Shown here in pieces: positions 1-9,695 of a DNA stretch of 64,000 bases. The stretch spans positions 96,001 through 160,000 of the forward strand of contig JBFGJG010000003.1 in assembly GCA_041577295.1 (NCBI GenBank), read 5' to 3'. Source of the DNA: Gemmatimonadales bacterium. GTDB lineage: Bacteria; Gemmatimonadota; Gemmatimonadetes; Gemmatimonadales; GWC2-71-9. The position numbers were made by a program, and so were the translations under genes. The notes beneath the pieces were generated by a model. That model searched no databases. It was not told the DNA's origin and saw only the letters and a list, made by a program, of their open reading frames with translations. The number at the start of each line of letters is the position of its first letter. Within the stretch, counting starts at the first letter, position 1.

Positions 1-294
1 CACGCGTGAGAGAAACAGCATCCAGATGGTGACGGCGAATCCGAAGACGAGGAACGCAGCGGCGGACATGCCCAATCCAAAGAGGATGGCGGCGCGGCGA
101 CCGTATCGGTCGGAGAGCCGTCCCCACAGTGGGGCCGCGGCTAACTGTGCAACCGAGAAACTCGCGATCATCCACCCGATGACCCATTCCTGTGCTTCCA
201 GCCTGAGCGCGTAGAATGGCAGCAGCGGGAAGATCATCGCGAAGCCGATCATATCGACGAAGGCGGCGGCCATCAGCACCGAGAGACGCTTCAT
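1..294 (-). CDS. MFS transporter, DHA1/TetA-like (partial, runs off window start)
   Basis: Manual translation MKRLSVLMAAAFVDMIGFAMIFPLLPFYA...APLWGRLSDRYGRRAAIL contains MFS motif A (GxLSDRxGRR). The ATG at 294 overlaps the TGA of the upstream permease (ATGA). Confidence 0.85.
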   Translation of the reverse strand, partial: MKRLSVLMAAAFVDMIGFAMIFPLLPFYALRLEAQEWVIGWMIASFSVAQLAAAPLWGRLSDRYGRRAAILFGLGMSAAAFLVFGFAVTIWMLFLSRV

Positions 295-1925
295 CGTCTG
301 GTCCCCACCGCCATGGCGGTCGCCGAGAACAGCATGAGCACCACGCCATAGGTGGCTGCCATTCCGACGTCGAATTGGCGCAAGGCGCCAAGGATTTCGA
401 TGGAGATCGGCCGCGTATCGAACGTGTAGAGCACGATGGAGGTCACGAAGTCGCCCAACGCGGTAGCGAACGCTAGAGCGCCACCGGCCAGGAGCGCGGC
501 TCGCAGCAGGGGCAGCGTCACGGTGCGCAACGTCCTCCACCGTCCCGCACCCAGTGACGAGGCCGCCTCGTCGAGTGAGGGGTCGAGCTGACGAAACCCT
601 GCGAGGATCGAACCTGCCGCGATGGGAATGTTGCGGACCAAATACGCGAGCGGGAGAATCAGGAACGTCCCAACGAGCACCCAACGACCGGCCCAGGGCG
701 CTCGCACGCTGAACGTGGTCGCCAACGCAATCGCCAACACCGTGCCGGGCACGGCCCACGGGATGTTGACCAGGGTCTCGATGGCACCACGGAGGGTCAC
801 GCGGCGTTGCACCACGAGGCGACCCGCCCATACGGCCACACCCACGGCGGCAAGGGTCGCCACGGCGGCCATCCACAGCGAGTTGAGCAGTGGTCGAAGA
901 CGCTCCGGCTCCGTGACGAGTGCGATGTAGTTGACGGTGGCGTAGGTCGGGGGAAAGAGCTCCGTGGTCCACGTGCCCGCCGGTACGAACGACACGAGAA
1001 TCAGTGTGAAGTGCGGCAGCAACAACACGCCGCCGAGGATCCAACCCACCGATGCCGCACCCCACCTGGCGAGCGGCCGGATCAGCGTTCGCGCTGGGGG
1101 CGGCGTTCCCTTCCCAACGGCAGCGACGAGATCCGTCCCCTGCGTCCGCCGCAAGAGCGCCAACCCGACCAACGCCACGATGGCCAGCGCCGCCGTTTCG
1201 ACCGCAGCCATGCCCAGGTCGCCGTTCAGCTTGCTTGCGACGATTTGGGTCGTCATCACGCGGAAACCGCCGCCGAAGATGTACGGCGCGCTGAAGGAGC
1301 CCAACGAGGTCATGAACGTGAGCAACGCGGCCGCGGCAAGCTGGGGTCGGATCAGCGGGAGCGTGACGCGCGTCAGCGTGGCCAGCGGACCGGTGCCAAG
1401 CGCATGGGCCGCCTCGATCATGGAGCTATCGACGCGGGCCAGACCGGCGCGCGTAAAGAGGTAGAAGTACACGTACATCGAGTACGCGTGTACGAGGAGA
1501 ATGGCGCCGGCCCCCTGGAGTCGCCACGGAGCGCCGTCCAAGTTCAAGAGGCTCGCCACTGCCCGCGCGACGAAGCCACTCTCACCATAGAGGAATAAGA
1601 ACGCGATCACACCCACCAGCGGTGGGAGCACCGCGGGCAGGGCCACCAGGGCGCCGACCACTCGCCGTCCGGGAAAGTTGACACGTTCGAATACGAAACC
1701 GAGCGGGATGCCGATTGCAGCGGCGAGCGCCACGCTCGCAACCGAGATCCATACGCTCGCCCACATGGCACTCCACTCTCGGCGCTCGGTGGCAAACTCC
1801 ACCACGTAACGTAGCGTCCAGCCGCCGTCCCCTCGGACGCTGTCGAGAAACACGAGTGCCAGTGGATAGACGACGATCCAGACGAGCAGGAGGGTGAGCC
1901 AAACCCCGCGCGGTCTTCTGGTCAC
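291..1925 (-). CDS. ABC transporter permease, FbpB/AfuB-like (two fused TM domains)
   Basis: Two EAA loops (IEAAHALG, LDEAASSLGA), hydrophobic throughout, in an operon with an ATPase and a binding protein. Confidence 0.9.
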   Translation of the reverse strand: MTRRPRGVWLTLLLVWIVVYPLALVFLDSVRGDGGWTLRYVVEFATERREWSAMWASVWISVASVALAAAIGIPLGFVFERVNFPGRRVVGALVALPAVLPPLVGVIAFLFLYGESGFVARAVASLLNLDGAPWRLQGAGAILLVHAYSMYVYFYLFTRAGLARVDSSMIEAAHALGTGPLATLTRVTLPLIRPQLAAAALLTFMTSLGSFSAPYIFGGGFRVMTTQIVASKLNGDLGMAAVETAALAIVALVGLALLRRTQGTDLVAAVGKGTPPPARTLIRPLARWGAASVGWILGGVLLLPHFTLILVSFVPAGTWTTELFPPTYATVNYIALVTEPERLRPLLNSLWMAAVATLAAVGVAVWAGRLVVQRRVTLRGAIETLVNIPWAVPGTVLAIALATTFSVRAPWAGRWVLVGTFLILPLAYLVRNIPIAAGSILAGFRQLDPSLDEAASSLGAGRWRTLRTVTLPLLRAALLAGGALAFATALGDFVTSIVLYTFDTRPISIEILGALRQFDVGMAATYGVVLMLFSATAMAVGTRR

Positions 1926-2956
1926 GCTTTCTCCGGAAAGGCATGCGCCCGCACCGCCACGACCCCGACGGTCTGCCCAATCTGCGCGGCGTGGACGGGC
2001 GCCTCGACCTCGAGGGTGATCCCCTCACCCACCCGCACACGAAAGTAGGCTCTCGCCCCGGTGTACCGTCGTCCCACGACGGTTCCGCGCACACCCTGTT
2101 CCGCGAAACGCAACGCCTCGGGTCGAACGACGACGCGGACCGGTGAGCCGACGGGAACCGGATGCGGCGTTTCGACGGCCCACTCACCTCCAATAGCGAG
2201 CTGCGCCTGGCCGGGCGCATGGAGCATCGCTGGGACTTCACTCGCGCGCCCCACAAAGGTCGCCACGAAGAGAGTTTGGGGACGCTCGTAGAGTTCGTGG
2301 GCTGGGCCCACTTGCTCCAAACGGCCACCCCGAAGCACCGCAACTCGGTCGCCGAGCGCGAACGCCTCCTCCTGCTCGTGCGTTACCAGTACGGTGGTGA
2401 CGCCGATCTTGGCGAGCGCCGCCCGGAGCTCCACACGAGTGCGCTCCCGCAAACCGGGGTCGAGGTTGGAGAGCGGCTCGTCGAGCAGAAGGACGCGGGG
2501 TTCCGGAGCAAGTGCCCTGGCCACCGCCACGCGTTGCTGCTGCCCACCCGACAGCTCCGTCACTTTTCGGTGAGCGAACCCCGTTAGATCGACGAGCGCA
2601 AGCATCTCGTCGACCCGCGCAGTGCGACGCTCGCGCGAGTCGCGTCGTGCGAGACCAAAAGCGACGTTTTCACCCACCGTAAGATGCGGAAAGAGGGCAT
2701 AGTGCTGGAACACCATGCCAAAGCGACGCTGTGCAGGAGAAAGGCCCGTTACATCGCGTCCATCGACAATGATCTCACCCATGTCAGGGCGCTCGAACCC
2801 GGCCAACAGCCGCAGGGTCGTGGTCTTGCCACTCCCGCTCGGACCCAACAAGGCGAGGACGCCGCCTTGGGGCACCGTCACGCAAAGGTCCGTGACCGCG
2901 AGGTGATCGCCGAAACGTTTGGTGAGGTTACGCAGCTCGAGGAAGGAATCGCTCAT
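1922..2956 (-). CDS. ABC transporter ATP-binding protein, FbpC/PotA-like with TOBE domain
   Basis: Walker A GPSGSGKT, signature LSGGQQQR, Walker B LLLDEP, VTH switch. Confidence 0.93.
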   Translation of the reverse strand: MSDSFLELRNLTKRFGDHLAVTDLCVTVPQGGVLALLGPSGSGKTTTLRLLAGFERPDMGEIIVDGRDVTGLSPAQRRFGMVFQHYALFPHLTVGENVAFGLARRDSRERRTARVDEMLALVDLTGFAHRKVTELSGGQQQRVAVARALAPEPRVLLLDEPLSNLDPGLRERTRVELRAALAKIGVTTVLVTHEQEEAFALGDRVAVLRGGRLEQVGPAHELYERPQTLFVATFVGRASEVPAMLHAPGQAQLAIGGEWAVETPHPVPVGSPVRVVVRPEALRFAEQGVRGTVVGRRYTGARAYFRVRVGEGITLEVEAPVHAAQIGQTVGVVAVRAHAFPEKA

Positions 2957-3982
2957 TCAACGCGCCGTCCCTCCACGTCCGCGTACATGTCGATCCCAGT
3001 AATCCATCCACGCAGAGCCGCGGTCGCTCAATAACGCCCAGTCGACAGGCTCCGGGACGAGCCCCTGTTTGACGCGCAGGGCCCACTCGGGGAGAGAGTC
3101 TGCCGGGAGATCCGTTCGGGCGGGGAGTCGGAAGGTCTCCCGCGCGGCAAGCAGCTGGGCCTCAACCGACCCCACCCAGTCCACGAAGCGCTTGGCCTCC
3201 TCTGGATGTCTGGTGCCACGCACCACTGCGATGGCGTCCTCGATGATCGGCGTCCCACTCGTGGGAAGCATGAACCCAAAGGGACTACCCTTCGACGATT
3301 CTACGAGGATATCCGGCAGGTCCCATAGCGTGAGCAATCCTTCTTGACGCAACAGCTTTTGGTGCAGGAGCGCCGGGTTGAACACATACTCCTTGGTTTG
3401 TGCATCGAGACGCCGTAGCCATTCGAATCCGGCTGCGGTGTCACCCGTGGTGCGCAACCCCCGCTCGATGATCATGCCGAAGATCGTCCGCATGGTTCCC
3501 GATCCAAGTGGCTCGCGGATGATGATCGTGCCACGCCACTTGGGTGCCAGCACCTCGTCCCAGTCCTTCGGGACCTCATCCGGTGAAAGCGCCGCGCTGT
3601 TGTACGCGATGACCGCTGGCGTTTCGTAAACAGCGAAGTACAACTCGGCGGGCCCGTGCGCTCTCGGTGGCACCGCGTCGGCCCACACAGGGCGGTACGG
3701 CGCGAGCAGTGATTCCGCCGCCGCGCGCCGAAATAGCGTCGACGGCGCGCCAAACCAGATGTCGGCTTGCGGGTTCGCACGCTCGGAACGCACACGGTCG
3801 AGCACGTCCTGTGAGCCCATATCGAGCCACCGCACGTCGATCTCGGGATTGGCCTCCTCGAATCGGGCTTCGGCAAGCGCCAGTAGATCACGCCCGTGCG
3901 GCGAATAGACGACCAGAGGCGTCCGCCCATCGGAACAAGCGGCTAACACGCACAAACCCAGCACAATCAGCCTACGGCGCAT
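2957..3982 (-). CDS. ABC substrate-binding lipoprotein (FbpA/AfuA-like)
   Basis: Probable start MRRRLIVLGLCVLAAC (lipobox). Motifs LVVYSPH, ERANPQADIWFG and PKDWDEVL are typical of the family. Confidence 0.85.
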   Translation of the reverse strand: MRRRLIVLGLCVLAACSDGRTPLVVYSPHGRDLLALAEARFEEANPEIDVRWLDMGSQDVLDRVRSERANPQADIWFGAPSTLFRRAAAESLLAPYRPVWADAVPPRAHGPAELYFAVYETPAVIAYNSAALSPDEVPKDWDEVLAPKWRGTIIIREPLGSGTMRTIFGMIIERGLRTTGDTAAGFEWLRRLDAQTKEYVFNPALLHQKLLRQEGLLTLWDLPDILVESSKGSPFGFMLPTSGTPIIEDAIAVVRGTRHPEEAKRFVDWVGSVEAQLLAARETFRLPARTDLPADSLPEWALRVKQGLVPEPVDWALLSDRGSAWMDYWDRHVRGRGGTAR

Positions 3983-6539
3983 TGCGAGCATGCAACCCCA
4001 CGAGATTGAGAAACAGACGATACGCACCGGGGACACCCGCCGGTAAGGCACGAAAGAAGCTCAACCCGGTATATACGAACGTGCCCTCGCCGTACGGTGC
4101 AACGAGCAACGCGCCTCGTAAGGGCTCGCCCTGCTCGTTGGGCATCTCCAGCAGCGGGATGTACTCCGTGGCCCACGTGCGCGCAAAATAGAGCCCGCGT
4201 TCCTGCGGCCATTCCTCCCAGTCGTCGGGACCAATCTGGTTCGGCATTCGCACCACCCGATGCGCGGGATCGAGAACCCGCACCGGGGCGGTCTCATCGG
4301 TTACCCGATCATGCGGACGCGCAATGTCCAGTGCGTACGGGGCAAACCCACCACGCACGAACTGATACTGCTGGTACTGGACCACCAAGAGTCCTCCCTG
4401 CCGCACGTACTCCAGTAAGCGTCGGTGGTGTCGCACGAGCGCTGAATCCGTCTCGTAGGCGCGGGTTCCAATGATGATACAATCGAAGCGAGCGAGCCCT
4501 CCGGTAGCGAGTGTCGGCTCGTCGAGCACCTCGAGTGGCAGACCAATTCGGGCGAGCGCCTCCGGAACCCGGTCCGAGGCTCCGCGCACGTATCCCACCG
4601 CTCCGATCGCAGGGAGTGCGATGTCCGCCACACGGACGACCGCCATCGCCGGTCGTGTGGTTGCTACCGGACGGATATGTGCGTACTCGATTTCCTCAAC
4701 TCCGCGATCGAACACGGTACCTCGCACGTCGATCGCGCGCGCGCGAACCTCGACCTTCGCTCGATCTACGTTGGGGGGTCGGTGAAGCCGAAACGTCAGC
4801 GTCGCCTTATCGCCCTTCTGATCGAGACGGAAGGACTGGGGCTCGGGATCTGCCCACCCCTCCACGTCGAGCTCGACGACCCCCCGCACCGTGTCTGGCA
4901 GATGGGAAGCGAGATCGACGGTGAATGGTTGCTGCTCCGGTCCACGGCTCGACCACACGAGGTTATCGGGCGTCAGTGATACGGCGATCCCAGGAATCAC
5001 CTGCAGCGGCGTGCGGATCTCGCCAACGATCTGGTCCCGAACCCTATGAGTCACCTCGCGCCGGAGCGCGAAGTCGACACCCGCCACCCGTAGCCGCGCG
5101 ACGACGTGCAACGGCGGTGGCTCGAACGGCAAGCCCCGCACGGGCGCGGCCGCGTGCTCCCAATTGTATAGCCAGCCGACCATCGAGTCGGCCAGAAAGT
5201 ACGGCACCGTGATCCTCGCAGACGGATCGACGGTGAGCTCGGCGCGGACCGTCTCGATCGCTCCAGCAGGCAACGGCCTCGCCGCCAGCTGCACGACACG
5301 GCCCTGCCCCATCATTTCGGGCTCGTCCCACTCGGCCTCGAGGGTCACCTCGTCGAGTGCCGCTTCATGCTCACCGCCGTTGTACACGTCGATTCGAACG
5401 CCCACTCGCTGCCCGGCCACGAGATCCGGCTCTGCCGCGGTGGCATCGAGCACAATGCCCGCAGCTGTCGCGAGGGCGAACTCGATGAGCTCGAGACGTT
5501 CCTCACGAACGCCCTCCGCCCGCGCCCGCTCGAGGGCCGACGCCAGTGGTCCCACGGCGTCCCCAAGGCGCGGCGTGGCCAGGTGTCGTCGCAGCGAATC
5601 CGCAAACTGTGTGAGCCACGACGAGTCCGACGAGATCCCGTCAAACAGATGACGATCTTCCCTGTCACCCACACGACGGTCCAGCAGCCGCAAGCGCACT
5701 TGTGCGGGACCCGTTGGCTGCAACACACCAAAGTCCTGCGAGCGGTGTTGGCTGCGACTCGCCATTGCGATCTGGTGCAACGTCTTGCCAGTTCGGGGAT
5801 CGAGCCCGCCACTCTCGAGCATCAGCGTGGCTGCGGCCGTATCGAACCGCGTTGTCCGATAGAGCTTGAGCGGCGCCCACGGGGAGAGCCCTTCTTCCAT
5901 CGCCAGCTCAGGAAAAACTGAAGCGTCCCCCGCCTGTGCAAACGCACGTCGTGCCATGAGACCAGACTGCCGATGCTGACCGTGCCCGTCACGAGCGGTT
6001 CCGGAGAAGATCGATACCAACACGTGTGGGCGAAAACGCCGCACCACGCGCACGACGTCCTTGAGAACGGAATCGGCAATCCAACGCGATTCGGTCTCTG
6101 CCAAGGACCGGGTGTAGCCGAAGTCGAACGCTCGCGTGAAGAACTGCCGGGCACCATCCACGGAGCGCGCAGCTTCGAGCTCTCGCGAGCGCAGCAAGCC
6201 AAGCGCGACACCCAACTCAGGCCCGAGGACATTCTGGCCACCCTCCCCTCGGGAGAGTGCGAGGTACGCTGCTTCGGCACCGAGACCTCGGGCCGCCAGG
6301 GTGAGCAATGCCGTGTCCTCGTCGTCCGGGTGAGCGCCGATCACCAGGACTCTCCGCTGCTCCGCAAGCCGCTGCAAGAGCGCATCGAGGGCGACGACAC
6401 CACCGGTCGACGGAGGAGTGAGCTGCGCGTGGAGCTCCCCACCCCCCGCAGTCAGGCCAACCACGAGCGCAGCCACCGTGGTCCACAGATGGCGGGGTGC
6501 GGGGTAGCGGATCGATCGTCGTGGACTACGCAGCGTCAC
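3972..6539 (-). CDS. Secreted PIG-L/LmbE-family deacetylase with Ig-like and C-terminal GATase-like domains
   Basis: AHPDDED, SRGEGGQN and HGQH motifs, plus a signal peptide ending ELHA-Q. Start is uncertain (GTG 6539 chosen; the ORF is open to 6629). Confidence 0.85.
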   Translation of the reverse strand: MTLRSPRRSIRYPAPRHLWTTVAALVVGLTAGGGELHAQLTPPSTGGVVALDALLQRLAEQRRVLVIGAHPDDEDTALLTLAARGLGAEAAYLALSRGEGGQNVLGPELGVALGLLRSRELEAARSVDGARQFFTRAFDFGYTRSLAETESRWIADSVLKDVVRVVRRFRPHVLVSIFSGTARDGHGQHRQSGLMARRAFAQAGDASVFPELAMEEGLSPWAPLKLYRTTRFDTAAATLMLESGGLDPRTGKTLHQIAMASRSQHRSQDFGVLQPTGPAQVRLRLLDRRVGDREDRHLFDGISSDSSWLTQFADSLRRHLATPRLGDAVGPLASALERARAEGVREERLELIEFALATAAGIVLDATAAEPDLVAGQRVGVRIDVYNGGEHEAALDEVTLEAEWDEPEMMGQGRVVQLAARPLPAGAIETVRAELTVDPSARITVPYFLADSMVGWLYNWEHAAAPVRGLPFEPPPLHVVARLRVAGVDFALRREVTHRVRDQIVGEIRTPLQVIPGIAVSLTPDNLVWSSRGPEQQPFTVDLASHLPDTVRGVVELDVEGWADPEPQSFRLDQKGDKATLTFRLHRPPNVDRAKVEVRARAIDVRGTVFDRGVEEIEYAHIRPVATTRPAMAVVRVADIALPAIGAVGYVRGASDRVPEALARIGLPLEVLDEPTLATGGLARFDCIIIGTRAYETDSALVRHHRRLLEYVRQGGLLVVQYQQYQFVRGGFAPYALDIARPHDRVTDETAPVRVLDPAHRVVRMPNQIGPDDWEEWPQERGLYFARTWATEYIPLLEMPNEQGEPLRGALLVAPYGEGTFVYTGLSFFRALPAGVPGAYRLFLNLVGLHARNAP

Positions 6540-7179
6540 GTGCGACCACGATGCTGCGAAGTCGTTCGGCACTGGGATCGTCTTGTTCCGCGAACGGCCG
6601 TGGGTGCCCTTCGGTGTCGGGGAGGACATGAGGGCAGATCAGCACGAGACGACGAGCCTGGATGCGATCCCACACCGCCTGCGTGCACACCGGGGCTGCC
6701 AGTATCACGCCTTCTGGCGCAAGGGGCCGCACCGCTCGCTCCGCGGCGAGGATCTTCCACGGCGAGGTCAACGGTCCTTCGAGCAGCGCAACATGCTGCC
6801 CGCCGAGGGGGCGGATTGGTCGGTGACCGCGGTAGAGGAGACGCTCGGTCTTGACCGCCCGACGAGCCTTCTCGATAGCTTCGGTCAGGGCGGTCATGAG
6901 ACCGAACCGCGGCTGGAATGTCGGGTCGAGCTCGGCATCGGCATCTTCCGCTACGGCACCGATGATCCCCAGCCCGGTGACCCGAACAAACGATGTCACG
7001 ATGACATCGAACGGCGACCCTAGAGTAGTGGAGGCATTGTACGCGATCTCGACGCCGCGGGGCGTCACACCGATCATGACCGCCGGCAGCGTCAATCGGC
7101 CCGCGAGCAGTCGAGCGAGATCGGCCCCAGCCGCGGCGCGTGACTGATAGAGTGGCGCGTGTGCGGGATTCGTCGTCAT
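6526..7179 (-). CDS. Phosphoribosyltransferase-like protein with degenerate PRPP motif
   Basis: N-terminal YQSRAAAGADLA, IGAVAE and ILAAPV match small putative PRTases. The expected VDDG(L)ATG is replaced by LEGPLTSP. Confidence 0.65.
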   Translation of the reverse strand: MTTNPAHAPLYQSRAAAGADLARLLAGRLTLPAVMIGVTPRGVEIAYNASTTLGSPFDVIVTSFVRVTGLGIIGAVAEDADAELDPTFQPRFGLMTALTEAIEKARRAVKTERLLYRGHRPIRPLGGQHVALLEGPLTSPWKILAAERAVRPLAPEGVILAAPVCTQAVWDRIQARRLVLICPHVLPDTEGHPRPFAEQDDPSAERLRSIVVARDAA

Positions 7180-7476
7180 GGCACGACAATTATAGCTCAG
7201 CCGCCGGTTGTCGGTGACTGGCCGGGCCAACCGCGGGACGGGGAGGCGGAGTAGCGGGTGCGAGTGTGATGCGAGGTGGGCGGCGGAAGGGGGAGAAGCG
7301 ATCTGACGGTCGCGGAACGGCGTTTGCACATTCAATCGCTAGCGTCGCAAGCCACGCCCAGCGATATTGCACTACTTGTGCGCTGGAGCACGGTATTCCG
7401 CTTCGCGGTTCGGCGTATTGGCGCACCTGGCAAACACACTGTGAAGAGTTCTTCAACATTAACATTGGAATAGCAA

Positions 7477-9348
7477 ATGACTTCGGTGGCACCGGCCAAG
7501 CCTTCGGGCGAGCGGCATGTCAGTGAGCAGGAAGCTCGCCAAGTTGCAGAGGCGGCACGCCAGACCGAATGGACAGCACCCAGCTTTGTCCGGGAATTGT
7601 TCAACGGTCGGTTTCGTCTCGACCTTGTTCACCCCTTCCCGCGCATCGATTCGGAAGAGCTCGAGCGTGCCAAGCCCTGGCTCGACGAGTTAGAGACGTT
7701 TTTGCGTGAGAACGTTGATGCCGAAAAGATCGACAACGACCACAAAGTGCCCAAGCACGTCATCGAGGGACTGGCCAAGCTCGGGTGCTTTGGTATCAAG
7801 ATTCCAGAAGAGTACGGGGGGTTGGGTTTCTCACAGTCCATCTACAACCGTGCAGTGTCGCTGGTGGCAAGTGCGGAGTCGTCCATCGGCGTCCTCCTAT
7901 CCGCCCACCAGTCCATTGGCGTTCCGCAGCCGCTCAAGCTTTTTGGTACGCCCGAGCAAAAGAAGAAATATCTCCCACGTCTCGCACGCGGCGCCATCAG
8001 CGCGTTCGCGTTGACGGAATCGGGTGTCGGAAGCGATCCCGCTCGGATGAGCACGACGGCAGAGTTACAGAGTGACGGCGAGACCTATCTGCTCAACGGG
8101 GAAAAGCTGTGGTGCACTAACGGGACGATCGCCGACATCATGGTCGTCATGGCTCGCACGGGAGAGCGTGGCATCACCGCCTTCATCGTGGAAGCCAACT
8201 GGCCCGGTGTCGAGGTGGTGCATCGTTGTCACTTCATGGGTCTGCATGGTATCGAGAACGGCGTCATGCGCTTCACGAACGTCCGGGTCCCCAAGGACAA
8301 CATCCTGTGGGGGGAGGGTAAGGGCCTCAAGCTCGCGTTGATCACGCTGAACACCGGACGGCTGACGTTGCCCGCCACGTCGGCGGCTGCCGTCAAGGCC
8401 TGCCTCGGGATCGCGCGTCGCTTCTGTCAGGAGCGGGTCCAGTGGGGTCTTCCGATTGGGAAACACGACGCCATTGCGCAGAAGCTAGGAAGGATTGCCG
8501 CGACGACCTTCGTGATGGAGTCCCTCGCGGAACTGGCAGCCTTGATGGCCGATCAGGGCAAGTTCGACATTCGGCTCGAAGCCGCCATGGCCAAGATGTG
8601 GAATACGGAGCAGGGTTGGCAGCTGATCGACGACACGCTGCAGATCCGCAGTGGGCGCGGGTACGAGCGGTCCGAGAGTCTCCGCGCGCGGGGCGAGCGA
8701 CCCGAGCCCGTCGAGCGGATCATGAGGGATTTCCGGATCAACATGATCTTCGAGGGTTCGAGTGAGATCATGCGGCTCTTTCTGGCGCGCGAGGTGGTGG
8801 ACACGCACCTGAAAGTCGCGGGTGCCATCACCGATCCAAAAGCCTCCTTCGCCAAGAAGATTCCATCATTCATCCGAGCGGGCTTTTACTACGCCGCCTG
8901 GTATCCGGCGCGATGGTTCGGGTGGGGTCGCTGGCCGCGGTATGGCGAGTTCGGGCAGTTGGCCAAGCACATGCGTTACATCAATCGCAGTTCGCGTCGA
9001 TTGGCTCGCTCGCTGTTCCACGCCATCGTGCGATTCGGGCCAAAGCTCGAGAAGCGGCAAGCCATCCTCTTCCGGTTGGTGGAGATTGGCGCGGAGCTGT
9101 TCGCCATGAGCGCCGCGTGTTCACGGGCACACATGCTCCACACGAGCAAGGACCCCGAGGAGCGGGCGCAGGGTGCGGCAAGCGTCCACCTCGCGGACCT
9201 CTTCTGCCAGCTCTCCCGCCGCCGAATCAAGGAGCGGTTCGACCGACTCTTCGACAACGACGACGTTGCCGTGTACAAGACGGCGCAGCGCGTCATGGCC
9301 GACGAGGTGCGCTGGTTGGAAGAGGCAAACGTGGTGGAGCCAGCGTAG
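7477..9348 (+). CDS. Acyl-CoA dehydrogenase (long, VLCAD/ACAD9-like)
   Basis: AFALTESGVGSD, LNGEKLWCTNG, RVQWG and RDFRINMIFEGSSEI motifs. Confidence 0.93.
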   Translation: MTSVAPAKPSGERHVSEQEARQVAEAARQTEWTAPSFVRELFNGRFRLDLVHPFPRIDSEELERAKPWLDELETFLRENVDAEKIDNDHKVPKHVIEGLAKLGCFGIKIPEEYGGLGFSQSIYNRAVSLVASAESSIGVLLSAHQSIGVPQPLKLFGTPEQKKKYLPRLARGAISAFALTESGVGSDPARMSTTAELQSDGETYLLNGEKLWCTNGTIADIMVVMARTGERGITAFIVEANWPGVEVVHRCHFMGLHGIENGVMRFTNVRVPKDNILWGEGKGLKLALITLNTGRLTLPATSAAAVKACLGIARRFCQERVQWGLPIGKHDAIAQKLGRIAATTFVMESLAELAALMADQGKFDIRLEAAMAKMWNTEQGWQLIDDTLQIRSGRGYERSESLRARGERPEPVERIMRDFRINMIFEGSSEIMRLFLAREVVDTHLKVAGAITDPKASFAKKIPSFIRAGFYYAAWYPARWFGWGRWPRYGEFGQLAKHMRYINRSSRRLARSLFHAIVRFGPKLEKRQAILFRLVEIGAELFAMSAACSRAHMLHTSKDPEERAQGAASVHLADLFCQLSRRRIKERFDRLFDNDDVAVYKTAQRVMADEVRWLEEANVVEPA

Positions 9349-9370
9349 GCCACCAACACTGCTACACTTC

Positions 9371-9398
9371 GGGCGGGCTGGTGACAGCCCGCCCTTTT
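9371..9398 (+). terminator. Rho-independent terminator after the acyl-CoA dehydrogenase
   Basis: GGGCGGGCTG-GTGA-CAGCCCGCCC, a perfect 10-bp stem followed by TTTT. Confidence 0.75.
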
Positions 9399-9695
9399 CG
9401 TTGGCGTGGGCTACCCGCCTCGAAACACCACCCCCTCCGCTCCTAGGCGCACTTGTGTCATCGGGCGACGAGCCGCACATTAGAAGAGGTGCGGGTGCTT
9501 GGCTCGGTCCACTCACGTGCCCGAGTCCTCCCGATTGGAAAGACGCTACCCACCAACGCCTTCCTCTCCGAGAGCGTCGAGCACGGCGAACTCTCAGTCA
9601 GCGCCCGTCAGCCATTGGCCGTGGCCTTTGCACGAGGGACCTTGCACCACGCACGGCGATCACCGGCGTGCAATTGGGCAAGAGGGAGGTCGGCC

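Noticed and set aside
9616..9632. Sigma-54-like TGGCCG...TTGCA upstream of the kinase
   Set aside because: GG-to-GC spacing is one base too long for the strict -24/-12 geometry.
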